A DNA stretch of 64,000 bases. It comes from a virus. Made by a program: the position numbers and the translations under genes. The stretch spans positions 1 through 64,000 of IMG/VR virus record IMGVR_UViG_3300020583_000224. One strand, 5' to 3'. Below, one piece after another: positions 29,759 to 39,162 of this stretch. A model generated the notes under the pieces. That model saw only the letters and a program-made list of their open reading frames with translations, made no database searches and was not told the DNA's origin. How positions within the stretch are numbered: position 1 is the first letter of the stretch; each line of letters begins with the position of its first letter.

Positions 29759-30027
29759 CCGAGATCGACGCCGCGATCGAGCAGGTCGTCAAGACCGGCA
29801 GCGACCCGGAGGCGCTCACTGAGGCCGTGCGGGTGCTTGCTGGGCTGCTCGGATACCGGCTCGTCGCCAACGCGCGAAGCGCCGAGAAGCGGCCACCCGC
29901 GTTCTACAAGCACTTCATCGCGGACATGGACGCCCCAGCCGCCTGCGGGTACGCCTCCGGGTCCATGCAGTGCACGTTGAGCCGGTGGCTCACCACCTGC
30001 CCGGACTGTCTTCGGACGCTGTCATGA
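29755..30027 (+). CDS. hypothetical protein
   Basis: coupled ORF. Confidence 0.5.
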   Translation: MTEIDAAIEQVVKTGSDPEALTEAVRVLAGLLGYRLVANARSAEKRPPAFYKHFIADMDAPAACGYASGSMQCTLSRWLTTCPDCLRTLS

Positions 30028-30494
30028 GCGAGTCGCAGCCGCACCTCCACACCGTCCCCGTGTCATTCGCCGACGCCTGCGAGTTCGTCGCGGCCTGGCA
30101 TCGGCACCACGAACCGCCGATCGGACACAAGTTCTCCCTCGGCGTAGCCACAGACGACGGCGTCCTGCGCGGCGTCGCGATCACCGGACGGCCCGTCGCC
30201 AGATTCCTCGACGACGGCCGCACCCTCGAAGTCAACCGCACCGCGACCGACGGCACCCCGAACGCGAACAGCGCGCTCTACGGCGCCGCGTGGCGCGTCG
30301 CGAAAGGCCTGGGCTACTCCCGGCTGATCACCTACACGCAGGCCGGTGAGACGGGCGCGAGTTTGCGCGGATCCGGCTGGCGTGTTGTCGCGGAACGATC
30401 TGCACGGCCGGGCTGGAACAGGCCGTCGCGACCCCGCGAGCCGAAGGGCACCGAGAACGTCCAGCGCACCCTATGGGAGGTGCTCGCATCGTGA
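30024..30494 (+). CDS. XF1762-family (Mom-like GNAT) protein
   Basis: FVAAWHRHH...GRPVAR...LEVNR...NANSALY...ITYT...GASLRGSGW. Confidence 0.7.
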   Translation: MSESQPHLHTVPVSFADACEFVAAWHRHHEPPIGHKFSLGVATDDGVLRGVAITGRPVARFLDDGRTLEVNRTATDGTPNANSALYGAAWRVAKGLGYSRLITYTQAGETGASLRGSGWRVVAERSARPGWNRPSRPREPKGTENVQRTLWEVLAS

Positions 30495-30934
30495 CCGCCA
30501 CTGAGACCCCCGCCCAGTTCCTGCGCCGCGCCGCCGAACACCTGCGCGGGCTGGCCAACGTCGCCACGCCCGGAGGCTGGCGCACCCACGACGGATACGT
30601 GCCACACGGCGGCTACGTCGCGACCGTGCTCGCTGGCGACAGCAACTTCGTCAAACCCGTCGCATGGGTGCCCAGCTTCAGCCACGAACCGCGCGACCTA
30701 GAACGCCAGGCCTGGCCCGACGCCGCGTACATCGCCGCCATGTGCCCGCCCGTTGCGCTCGCCACCGCCGACACGTGGGACGCGGTCGCCGACGACATGG
30801 GCGACGACGAAGTCGTCGAGCGAGGCACGGCCGGAATCGGCGTGCTCGTCATGGGGCGCCTGTTCTCGCCCCGGAAGACATGGACTGCCGCAGTCAACGC
30901 CGCCCGCGTGCTGCTCGGCGAGACGGAGAGTTGA
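30491..30934 (+). CDS. hypothetical protein (Ead/Ea22-like)
   Basis: ATPGGW...DAAYIAAMCP. Confidence 0.55.
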   Translation: MTATETPAQFLRRAAEHLRGLANVATPGGWRTHDGYVPHGGYVATVLAGDSNFVKPVAWVPSFSHEPRDLERQAWPDAAYIAAMCPPVALATADTWDAVADDMGDDEVVERGTAGIGVLVMGRLFSPRKTWTAAVNAARVLLGETES

Positions 30935-30935
30935 C

Positions 30936-31190
30936 ATGGACAGGCGACCCGTAGCCCACCTGCAAGTCGGTGGAGACCTGCCCTACGCCGTCGTCGGACA
31001 CCGACGCCAGTACGAGGACTCCGAAGCCGAAATCGTCGCCGTCTACGGCCCCGTGCCGAGTCGGCGGGACGCGGAGGAACTCGCAAGCGCGCTCAGCGAA
31101 ATGGGGCTCGACCACGCCCTCGCCGTCGTGCCCGCCTACGTCGTGCGGCCCGTGATGGTCACCGAACTGCCCGTCGAACTCGACATCTAG
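30936..31190 (+). CDS. hypothetical protein (tandem paralog 1)
   Basis: HLQVGGDLP...VYGP. Confidence 0.55.
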   Translation: MDRRPVAHLQVGGDLPYAVVGHRRQYEDSEAEIVAVYGPVPSRRDAEELASALSEMGLDHALAVVPAYVVRPVMVTELPVELDI

Positions 31191-31198
31191 GAGACGAA

Positions 31199-31441
31199 AT
31201 GCACCTTCAGATCTCCGGCGACCTGCCGCAGGTGGTCCTCGGCTGGCGCACCTACCCCGAGCACGGCCTAGAGCCCGACCTCATCGCGGTCTACGGCCCA
31301 CTGCCCACCCAGGAAGAAGCCGCACGGCTCGTCCAGACGCTCATGGAGACGTTCCCGGCTAACGACGACAGCTACACGGTCATGCCGATCTTTCCGGTGC
31401 GCCCGGCCCCCGACGGCTCGGAATCGGCGGTGGTCGGCTGA
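31199..31441 (+). CDS. hypothetical protein (tandem paralog 2)
   Basis: HLQISGDLP...VYGP; AGGAG RBS. Confidence 0.55.
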   Translation: MHLQISGDLPQVVLGWRTYPEHGLEPDLIAVYGPLPTQEEAARLVQTLMETFPANDDSYTVMPIFPVRPAPDGSESAVVG

Positions 31442-31520
31442 TGCCGCGAAGTACCAGCCCGGCGACCGCGCCGGCACGAGACCCAACTACCCGCACTTCA
31501 GCAGGAGAGAAGCACTGTTC

Positions 31521-32147
31521 ATGGGGCGCCAGTTCTGTCAGATCCCGACCAAGCTGTGGTGGGACGAGTTTTTTGTTTCGCACACCAGTGACCAGAAGTA
31601 CATGTACGTGTTCCTGCTCGGCCAGCAGCGCATGGACGCAGCGGCAATGCTGGACATCCACGCGGAACTGTGGGCGAGGAAGACGGGACTCTCCGAGGAG
31701 GCCGTTGATGCAGCCCTCAACGGACTAGCCGCATCCCACCTCGTAGAGATCCACCGTTGGGAACTGTTCGTCTCCGGCGTCTTCGCCGCCACTGGACTCG
31801 GCAAGCAGCCCCGCCGGGCGAAGGCCGCCTATGCGGCGATCCGCCAGATCGAATCGGATCGGCTGCGCGCCGTTGCCCTCGCGGAACTCGCGAACGAGCT
31901 CATGAAGGGCGCCGACCAGGTGCCAACCGGACTGCGGGCGACAGTGCTCGAGCGCGATTCGTACTGCTGCCGGGGCTGCGGCTGGTCTTCATCGCAGATG
32001 GTCTATACGGGGGATGGGGCGCTCGCCGACATTCGCGGGCTTGAGGTCGATCACATTTACCCGCGAGCCCTGGGCGGCTCCAACGAACTGTCGAACCTGC
32101 AGACCCTTTGCTCGGACTGCAACGCGAGGAAGGGGGCGCGGGTCTGA
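31521..32147 (+). CDS. HNH endonuclease with an N-terminal helical domain
   Basis: VLERD..C...LEVDHIYP...GG.N...NLQTLC..CN..KG. Confidence 0.85.
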   Translation: MGRQFCQIPTKLWWDEFFVSHTSDQKYMYVFLLGQQRMDAAAMLDIHAELWARKTGLSEEAVDAALNGLAASHLVEIHRWELFVSGVFAATGLGKQPRRAKAAYAAIRQIESDRLRAVALAELANELMKGADQVPTGLRATVLERDSYCCRGCGWSSSQMVYTGDGALADIRGLEVDHIYPRALGGSNELSNLQTLCSDCNARKGARV

Positions 32148-33241
32148 TGGCGCGCATCCGCTCCGTGAAGCCAGAGTTCTGGGTCGACAGGTCGTTCGTG
32201 CGCAAGGTGCCGGACCGGACCATGCGCATGCTGTACATGGCGCTGTGGAACCTCGCCGACGAGCACGCCCGGCTGATGGCGGACGTGTCGTATCTCAAGG
32301 GGCACATCTTCCCGTATCCCGAGGACGCGGACCTGACGCCCGAAGTAATCGACAAGATGCTCGACCACCTCGCTGACGTGGGGAAAGTCGTCCGATACAC
32401 GGCCGACGGCGACGACTACCTTTTTCTGCCAACCCTGCACCGGCATCAGCGGCTCGAGGCGAACAAGGTCCCGTCAAGAATTCCACCCCCCCCTGGATTT
32501 AATGACGGGCCGCGCGGGGGTGGCGGAAAAAGAAATGGCGCGCACGGCGCTGAATCCATGCAGCTCAGCCTGACGATCGATGATCGCGCAGACGAGTCGG
32601 CGCACGGCGCATACGTATATGAGCCCGGCGCAGACGAGTCTTCGCTTTTTTATGGAGCCTGGGACAGGGAGCCTGGTTCTTTTTCGTCGGAGGCTTCGCC
32701 CCTCGACGAGGAGCGCGACGAGAGCCTCGCGACCGTCTACGAGTTTCCCGGCGGCGAAGTCGTCCCCGAACCCGCCGAGGAGCCGACGCCGAAACGCGGA
32801 CGCCCGAAGATCGCCGACATTCCGCGCCCCGACGCCGATGCCCTGTGCGCCCGCCTTGCCGAACTGATGATCGGCAACGGCTGCAAGCCGCCCGAGGTCA
32901 CGAAGAAGTGGCGCGACGCCGCCCGGCTGCTGCTCGACGCCGACAAGCGCGAGTTCGACAAGGCGATGCGACTGCTCGAGTGGTGCCAGAAAGACGAGTT
33001 CTGGCGAACCAACATCCTGTCGATGCCGACGTTCCGCAGGCAGTACGAGCAACTGCGGCTCAAGGCCAACTCCGAGTGGAAACGCGGCAACGTCCCACGC
33101 CAGCGCCCCGACAGCGACCTCGGCACCGCGACGCACATGCAGCGTTTCCGCGCCCGGCAGGCCGAACGCGCCAACGCCGGCATGACCCAACCCGCCCAGC
33201 AACCCGCCTTGGAGGTGTTCCCGTGGGACCGGACGAGCTAG
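32147..33241 (+). CDS. replication initiator
   Basis: MARIRSVKPEFW N-terminus; DEFWRTNILSMPTFR C-terminal domain; upstream of loader and DnaB. Confidence 0.8.
   Translation: MARIRSVKPEFWVDRSFVRKVPDRTMRMLYMALWNLADEHARLMADVSYLKGHIFPYPEDADLTPEVIDKMLDHLADVGKVVRYTADGDDYLFLPTLHRHQRLEANKVPSRIPPPPGFNDGPRGGGGKRNGAHGAESMQLSLTIDDRADESAHGAYVYEPGADESSLFYGAWDREPGSFSSEASPLDEERDESLATVYEFPGGEVVPEPAEEPTPKRGRPKIADIPRPDADALCARLAELMIGNGCKPPEVTKKWRDAARLLLDADKREFDKAMRLLEWCQKDEFWRTNILSMPTFRRQYEQLRLKANSEWKRGNVPRQRPDSDLGTATHMQRFRARQAERANAGMTQPAQQPALEVFPWDRTS
32470..32690. repeat. putative origin inside the initiator gene
   Basis: GCGCAGACGAGTC twice (32586, 32628), GCGCACGGCGC twice, A/T tracts. Confidence 0.45.
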
Positions 33242-33639
33242 AGCAGATCACGCAAGGCATCAAGGCGCTGTGCCCGGCGCAGAAGTGGGACGAGTACTCG
33301 CCCGACGTGTGGCTGCAAGTGCTGCGCCGCGTGTCGTTCAAGGACGCGTCGCTCGCTTTGGAGCGGCTCGGCGCCAGGCAGCCTTGGATCGGCGCGTCGG
33401 ACATCGCGACCGAGGTGAGGGCGATCCGGCGGGCCCGTGCGGAACGCTTCACGCCGATGCCGAACGACGTCGAGGGTGTCGCGTTCGAGGACGAGTACCG
33501 GGTGCTGCGTGAGGCGGTCGCGGACGGCCGCATGACGCAGGCGGATGTCGCCGCCTATAACCGGTGGGGCGGCTCGCTGTTCCTTGAGCAGCAGCAGCAC
33601 GCGCTCACTGCCGCATCGGTGCGGGGTGAGATCGCGTGA
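33223..33639 (+). CDS. helicase loader-like protein
   Basis: lies between initiator and DnaB; W...L...QPWIGASDI. Confidence 0.6.
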   Translation: MGPDELEQITQGIKALCPAQKWDEYSPDVWLQVLRRVSFKDASLALERLGARQPWIGASDIATEVRAIRRARAERFTPMPNDVEGVAFEDEYRVLREAVADGRMTQADVAAYNRWGGSLFLEQQQHALTAASVRGEIA

Positions 33640-34979
33640 ACGACTACGAGCGCGTCCCGCCGCAGGACCCGAACGCGGAGATGGCGGTCCTCGGCGGCGT
33701 ACTGCTGTCGAAGGCCGCGCTCGAGGAAGTCACGGAGATCCTCGACGACGGCTCGGACTTCTACCTGCCGAAGCACCAGAACCTTTACGAGGCGGCTCTC
33801 GCCGTCTACGGCCGGAGCGAGCCCGCGGACGCGGTCACGGTTGCGCGCGAGATGGACCGGCGCGGCGAACTCGTGCGCGCTGGCGGCCCGGGCTACCTGC
33901 ACGAACTGATGGAGTCGGTCCCGAACGCGGCCAGTGCCGGCTACTACGCGGAGATCGTGCACGAGAAGGCGGTGCTGCGGCGGGTCATCCAGGCCGGCAC
34001 CCGGGTCGCACAGATGGGCTACGAGACCGACATCGACGACGTCGGCGAGATCGTCGACCGCGCCCAGGCTGAAGTGTTCGCTCTCTCCCGGGACCGCGAC
34101 AAGCAGCCCGAGTCGTCGAACAGCGACGAACTGGACGCGATGCTCGAGGAGATCGAGCACCCGACCGCGGAAGGCATGCTGACGGGTCTCGCGGACCTGG
34201 ACGCGCTCACGCACGGCCTGCACTCCGGGCAGATGATCGTGGTCGCGGCCAGGCCCGCCCTTGGCAAATCGACCCTGTCAACAGACTGGCATCGGCAGGC
34301 GTCAGTCAAGCGCGGCGAGCACTCCATCCTGTTCTCCCTCGAAATGGGCAAGCGGGAAATCCTCAAGCGCATCCTGTCCGCCGAAGCCCGCATCCCCCTG
34401 CACCACCTGAGCGGCGGCCAGATGGCCGAGCGCGACTGGGACCGCGTCAACGAGCATCGCGGCCGGATCGACTCGGCGCCGCTGCACATCATCGACGACG
34501 CGTACACGCTCAACGACATCCGCGTCAGGGCCCGCAGTATCGCCCGCAAGCACCCCGTGAAGCTGATCACCGTCGACTACCTGCAGCTGATCAGCGGCGC
34601 GAGCAGCAAGCGCAACGGCACCCGCCAAGAGGAGGTCTCTGAGACCTCCCGCAGCCTGAAGCTCCTCGCGAAGGAACTCGGCGTCCCGATCGTCGCCGTC
34701 GCGCAGCTCAACCGGGGACCCGAGCAGCGCACCGACAAGAAGCCGGTCATGTCCGACCTGCGCGAGTCAGGGTCACTGGAGCAGGACGCCGACGTCGTGA
34801 TCCTGATCCACCGCGAAGACGCCCACGAGAAGGAAGGCCCGCGCAGCGGTGAGGCCGACCTGATCGTCGCGAAGCATCGCAACGGGCCGACCGCGATCGT
34901 GGCCGTCGCCTTCCAAGGGCACTATGCCCGCTTCGTGGACCTGGCCAGGCAGTGGTCACCCCACGACGCAGCCCGCTGA
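33636..34979 (+). CDS. dnaB: replicative DNA helicase
   Basis: AARPALGKS, FSLEM, DYLQL, QLNR, DLRESGSLEQDAD, KHRNG. Confidence 0.95.
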   Translation: MNDYERVPPQDPNAEMAVLGGVLLSKAALEEVTEILDDGSDFYLPKHQNLYEAALAVYGRSEPADAVTVAREMDRRGELVRAGGPGYLHELMESVPNAASAGYYAEIVHEKAVLRRVIQAGTRVAQMGYETDIDDVGEIVDRAQAEVFALSRDRDKQPESSNSDELDAMLEEIEHPTAEGMLTGLADLDALTHGLHSGQMIVVAARPALGKSTLSTDWHRQASVKRGEHSILFSLEMGKREILKRILSAEARIPLHHLSGGQMAERDWDRVNEHRGRIDSAPLHIIDDAYTLNDIRVRARSIARKHPVKLITVDYLQLISGASSKRNGTRQEEVSETSRSLKLLAKELGVPIVAVAQLNRGPEQRTDKKPVMSDLRESGSLEQDADVVILIHREDAHEKEGPRSGEADLIVAKHRNGPTAIVAVAFQGHYARFVDLARQWSPHDAAR

Positions 34980-35112
34980 CACCCCAGCCGACCGGACCAA
35001 TCCGTTAAATGGCCTGGTGGCCATACCAATTTTCGTCTCGACCGGACCAACCGATCACTGGAGGAATCATGACAGATCAGACATCGCAGCCGGACGACTT
35101 TGGCGGCGCGGC

Positions 35113-35469
35113 GTGAGCGGGGCCGTGAGCGCCGCCGAGCGTGCGGCGGGCATCCGTAGACCAGGAAGCGCCGTGCGGCCCTCAGCGCCTCTCGTTGGTG
35201 CCGTCTCGGGGGCGCCTGGGTCTGAGCCCGGTTCGCGGGATGCTGCGAGTACTGCTCGGCGCCCTGCCCCGCGGAAGCCCGACAAGCGCGTGCGTGAACT
35301 GCTGGCTCACCCGGCGGGCACGATCCTCGCGGACCGTTTCGGCCGGGCCGTGCAGCGCATGGAGTCGGGCGGGTTTTGGATGCTGGGCGAGCAGTGGCCG
35401 CATCTGGCGTCGGAGATTGTGGATCTGGGGCCGTTCGAGGTTCTGCGCCGGCCGGGCGGTGCGTCATGA
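35113..35469 (+). CDS. hypothetical protein
   Basis: GTGA overlap with a 15-codon upstream ORF. Confidence 0.45.
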   Translation: MSGAVSAAERAAGIRRPGSAVRPSAPLVGAVSGAPGSEPGSRDAASTARRPAPRKPDKRVRELLAHPAGTILADRFGRAVQRMESGGFWMLGEQWPHLASEIVDLGPFEVLRRPGGAS

Positions 35470-35900
35470 CGCTGCTTGCCGAGTCGCCGCCGCTGCTGTC
35501 GCGTCGCATGCTGCCGGTCGAGCGCCGGATCCTGCTCGCTCTCGCCCGCGGCCGAACCCGTGCACAGATCGAGGCGCATGAGTGCCTGTCGCGCACGGTG
35601 TTGAGTGCGCGCATCACGGACCTGCACAGGCTGTTCGGGGTGTCGTCGAGCGCGCACATGGTGGCGCGGGCGCATGCCGCCGGGCTGCTGGAGCGGGACC
35701 GGGTTCTGCGGCCGGCGCTGCGTGACGTGGATCTGCGGCGTTTGCGGCTGATCGCGGACGGGGCGCCGGATCGTGAGATCGGGCCGCGGTCGACTTCGAG
35801 GGTCGCGTCGTCGGATCTGTACCGGCGGCTGGGTGCGAAGAACCGGCCTAATGCCGTTCACCTGGCGTTTTGCGCTGGCCTGCTGGGCGGTGCGTCGTGA
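35466..35900 (+). CDS. tandem LuxR-type HTH regulator
   Basis: two GerE-like repeats; LYRRLGAKNRPNAV. Confidence 0.7.
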   Translation: MTLLAESPPLLSRRMLPVERRILLALARGRTRAQIEAHECLSRTVLSARITDLHRLFGVSSSAHMVARAHAAGLLERDRVLRPALRDVDLRRLRLIADGAPDREIGPRSTSRVASSDLYRRLGAKNRPNAVHLAFCAGLLGGAS

Positions 35901-36271
35901 CGGCGTCGTTGAAGCTGCGCCCCGCAGTGGGCCGCCGCTCCCTCGTGGACCGGTTGAAATTCCTGGTGGACGAGGCGCGGCGCCTGCCGAACCGCGCGCT
36001 GGGCGAGGCGTTCCGGCTGCAGTTGGAGACGGCCTTGGCTGCGGCGGAGACGGGTGCGGACGAGACGGCGATCCTGCGTGCCGAGGCCGCGGACCGCGAG
36101 CACGCCCGTGGCGCGTTGCAGTCGGCTCGTGCGGATGTCGCGGCCCTGACGGTTTCGATCGAGGGCATGGATCCGTCGCTGCTGTCGAAGGCGTGGCTGG
36201 TGGAGCGCCTGCAAGGCGTGGTTTCGCGGGTGGATGAGTCGTTGAAATCGAAGGAGTCGACAGGTGTCTGA
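35897..36271 (+). CDS. coiled-coil hypothetical protein
   Basis: coupled ORF. Confidence 0.5.
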   Translation: MTASLKLRPAVGRRSLVDRLKFLVDEARRLPNRALGEAFRLQLETALAAAETGADETAILRAEAADREHARGALQSARADVAALTVSIEGMDPSLLSKAWLVERLQGVVSRVDESLKSKESTGV

Positions 36272-36617
36272 GGTCGTGTTGGACCGGTTCGGTCGGCCGT
36301 TGGGTAAGCGCGCGCAAGAGACCCGTGGGCGAGTGTTGGACGCGCTACGGCTGCTGATCGAGAAGCCCGGCCGGGACGCGGCTTGGTCGCGCCTGACGCC
36401 GATCGCGGTGGCACGGGAGGCGGGCGCGAGTCCGGCGTCGTTCTACGGCTATTTCGACGATCTGGAGGACGCGGTGATCGAACTGGCGGTGCACCTGGAG
36501 GACGCGGGGGAGAAGTTCCCTGATCACCTGTCGGGGATCCTCGGACTGCTCGCGATCGAGGGTTGGGAACTCCCCGAGTTTCCTAAGCGGGCCGAGGCGG
36601 TGGCCGTCGATGCTTGA
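36264..36617 (+). CDS. TetR-type HTH protein (short)
   Basis: VAREAGASPASFYGYF. Confidence 0.75.
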   Translation: MSEVVLDRFGRPLGKRAQETRGRVLDALRLLIEKPGRDAAWSRLTPIAVAREAGASPASFYGYFDDLEDAVIELAVHLEDAGEKFPDHLSGILGLLAIEGWELPEFPKRAEAVAVDA

Positions 36618-37212
36618 GATCCCCTGCGCCGCCTGCACCCGCCGCGCGGCGAACCCGGAGGCCCCGTGGTGGCGCGACCTGCTCGCCGAACTCGACCTCG
36701 GCCATGACCAGATTGCGCACCGCACGTACTGGGCGCTGATCCAACGCGGCATCACCGGGCGTCGCCTGGAGACGGTGACGGACGCGGAACTGCTTGCGCT
36801 GCCTAGCTTCGGCGCGGGGATGCTCGCTCGTCTTCGCGGTGCCATGCCCGCCCCGGCTTCGGGGTGCGTGTTCTGCGACATCGCCACCGGCCGGAAACCT
36901 GCGACGGTGGTGCGGGATTGGCCCGACGTGTTCGCGATCGTGCCGCTCAACCCTGTGGTCGAGGGGCACACGCTGGTGATCCCGAAGGCGCATGTGCGGG
37001 ACGCGACGGTGAATCCGGCGGTGACCGGCGCTGTGATGCGTAGGGCGGCCCAGTTCGCCCGTGAGGCCGGTGGCGACTGCAACCTGATCACGTCCATGGG
37101 TCCGGCGGCGACACAGAGCGTGCCGCACCTGCATGCGCATGTGGTGCCTCGTTCCGCAGGTGACGGACTGCCGCTGCCGTGGACGCCGCAGCAGACGGGA
37201 GTTGCGTCGTGA
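36610..37212 (+). CDS. HIT hydrolase fused to an alpha-CTD-like domain
   Basis: CVFC...GHTLVIP...QSVPHLHAHVVPR; N-terminal RTYWAL...DAELLALPSFG. Confidence 0.85.
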   Translation: MLEIPCAACTRRAANPEAPWWRDLLAELDLGHDQIAHRTYWALIQRGITGRRLETVTDAELLALPSFGAGMLARLRGAMPAPASGCVFCDIATGRKPATVVRDWPDVFAIVPLNPVVEGHTLVIPKAHVRDATVNPAVTGAVMRRAAQFAREAGGDCNLITSMGPAATQSVPHLHAHVVPRSAGDGLPLPWTPQQTGVAS

Positions 37213-37676
37213 GCAACCGGAAGATCCCCCTGCCGGGCGGCGTCCTGAACCCGGTCGTCGCCGAGTTGAAGGCCCGCCGTATCCGCGCGGGCCTGACTCA
37301 GCGCGCTGTTGCGGAGCGTATGGGGTGCACGCAGGTCGCGTTCAGCCGCTGGGAGTCAGGCACGCGCGACCCGGACCTGCCGACGACCCAGCGTTGGGCC
37401 ACAGTGCTCGGCCTGGGGCTGTACGTGGAGTCGCTGGATGTCCTCGGCGCCGGGGACATGGCGGAGGCGTACGGCCGGGGCTGGGAGGCGTGTGCCGCGG
37501 CGGTTGCGGCAGCAGTGAAGCGGGGCGACGCCACGCCTGCATGCTCCGAGTGCGGCGGCCGTCCGAAGCGCGGCCTGGTCAAGTCCGAGAACGACCAGAC
37601 GTGGCAGTGCGACGGCTGCTACACGGACTTGGCCGGGCGGCTGCCGGACCACACGAGCTCGGATGGTGCGTCATGA
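37209..37676 (+). CDS. XRE HTH plus zinc-finger protein
   Basis: GLTQRAVAERMG...SRWESG; CSEC...CDGC. Confidence 0.8.
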   Translation: MSNRKIPLPGGVLNPVVAELKARRIRAGLTQRAVAERMGCTQVAFSRWESGTRDPDLPTTQRWATVLGLGLYVESLDVLGAGDMAEAYGRGWEACAAAVAAAVKRGDATPACSECGGRPKRGLVKSENDQTWQCDGCYTDLAGRLPDHTSSDGAS

Positions 37677-37999
37677 CCTGGACCGCGCTGGTCGGCGCTG
37701 CGGGCGCGTGGATCGGGACGTTCGCGTGCATCCCGCCGACGTGGCGGGTCGTGCGGCGCCAGTCCGCCCGCGACTACTCGTGGTGGGGGGCTGCGGGCTC
37801 AATGCTGGCGATGACGTGCACCCTCATCTACCTGGGATCGCTCGGCAACTGGCTTGCCGTGACCGCGCAGGCCGCGTGCTACGTCGCGTATCTCGTGATC
37901 GTGGTGGTGAAGTGGCGCACCGAGCGGGCGCGCAAGGCTTCGGAGTCGGCCGGCGAGTTGCGGCCGGTCGCGGACGACAGCGCGGCAGTGACAGCGTGA
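37673..37999 (+). CDS. PQ-loop/SemiSWEET-like 3-TM protein
   Basis: IPPTWRVVRRQSARDYS after TM1; 3 TM helices. Confidence 0.6.
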   Translation: MTWTALVGAAGAWIGTFACIPPTWRVVRRQSARDYSWWGAAGSMLAMTCTLIYLGSLGNWLAVTAQAACYVAYLVIVVVKWRTERARKASESAGELRPVADDSAAVTA

Positions 38000-38473
38000 T
38001 CGGCCTCGAGTCGTACTGCCTGGCCTGCGACCGCCAGCTCGCCCCGCCCGCCGTGTACCGCCGCGAGCGTGGGCCATTCCTGCACGTGCCGGTAATCCTC
38101 GGCTTGCTGTGGGTCGCGGTCGTGCTCGGGATTCCGGCGCTGATCGTCGCCGAGGTGATGTCGTGACGCGCTACTGCAACGAATGCGGCCACAGGCTGAC
38201 CGCCGTCGAAGCCGCCCGTGCGGACAAGTACGAGAAGACCATCCTGCGGCGCGTGGCCGCCTTGGCGGTCGTGTCCGTCGGCCTCGGGATGACCCTGGCG
38301 TCCCTGATCATCCTCGTGGCCGTTGCGTGGTCGCGATGACCCGCCGCCGCGCGTCCTACAAGATCCGCTGCTGGCAGATGATCGGGACCGCAGTCGCGGT
38401 CGCGCTGCTCGGGTGCACGGTCACGCTCGCGGCGCACCTGCTCGGGTGGCTTGTCAGCGGGCGATGGTCATGA
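37996..38473 (+). other. three tiny single-TM ORFs (37996-38166, 38163-38339, 38336-38473)
   Basis: 4-nt overlaps, each with a C-terminal hydrophobic helix. Confidence 0.5.
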
Positions 38474-38475
38474 AC

Positions 38476-39018
38476 CTACGGCTCCTGCGGATACAGGTCG
38501 CGTTCGGGCACGAGGCTCGCGTCTCGGGCATGCTCGATGAGGCGGTACGGCCAGAGCGCCGGATCGTCGTCTGGGTACTGGCTGAGCACCTCGCTGACCC
38601 ACTGGGCGCCTTTGCGCTTCTGGAGGCCTGCAGCAAGGTTCTCGACGTGCGCTTTCGGCAGCCCGGCGATGTCGGCAGCCACAGGCGCATGCGTTGCCTC
38701 GGCGGGCGCGGGCTCCGGGACTGTCGAGGATGCGGCTACCGCTTGGCGCGGCGAGCCGGCCGCAATCTTCGGCTTTGCGTCGCGGCCGACGGTCGGTTCG
38801 CGGAGTCGTTCGATGCCGTGGTTGCGACCCAGGCGCCGGAAGACCTCATCCGCGAGTCCGGTGAGTTCGGCCATGTCGGAGACGGTGGCGCCGTTGCGCA
38901 TGTCGCGGACCGCGCGCTCGTCGATCCCCTTGCGCATCTGCTTCACGGTTTCGTGGGCGCGCTTGTATCGCCGGTAGTAGTCGGCGTCTTCGGGGGCGGG
39001 CGTGTACTCGGTGGCCAT
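38476..39018 (-). CDS. HTH-containing regulator
   Basis: GATVSDMAELTGLADEVFRRL. Confidence 0.6.
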   Translation of the reverse strand: MATEYTPAPEDADYYRRYKRAHETVKQMRKGIDERAVRDMRNGATVSDMAELTGLADEVFRRLGRNHGIERLREPTVGRDAKPKIAAGSPRQAVAASSTVPEPAPAEATHAPVAADIAGLPKAHVENLAAGLQKRKGAQWVSEVLSQYPDDDPALWPYRLIEHARDASLVPERDLYPQEP

Positions 39019-39042
39019 GGCCACCAGTTTCGCATAACAACT

Positions 39043-39126
39043 AGGCCAACGCCAGGGGCGACGCCTTGGGCAAATCGTTGGCCAACATCTGGGCCTATTG
39101 ACAGGCCAACGCGTGGGCCTGACAAT
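39043..39126 (+). promoter_or_regulatory. sigma70/HrdB-type promoter with operator repeats
   Basis: TTGACA(39098)-N17-GACAAT; GGCCAAC three times, TGGGCCT twice. Confidence 0.7.
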
Positions 39127-39162
39127 GGAGGTGTCAGGGAATGCGAGACCGAGGAGCCGACC

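Noticed and set aside
31521-32147. HNH as the restriction partner of the MTases
   Set aside because: It is not adjacent to them and is coupled to the initiator, as is typical for a free-standing phage HNH.
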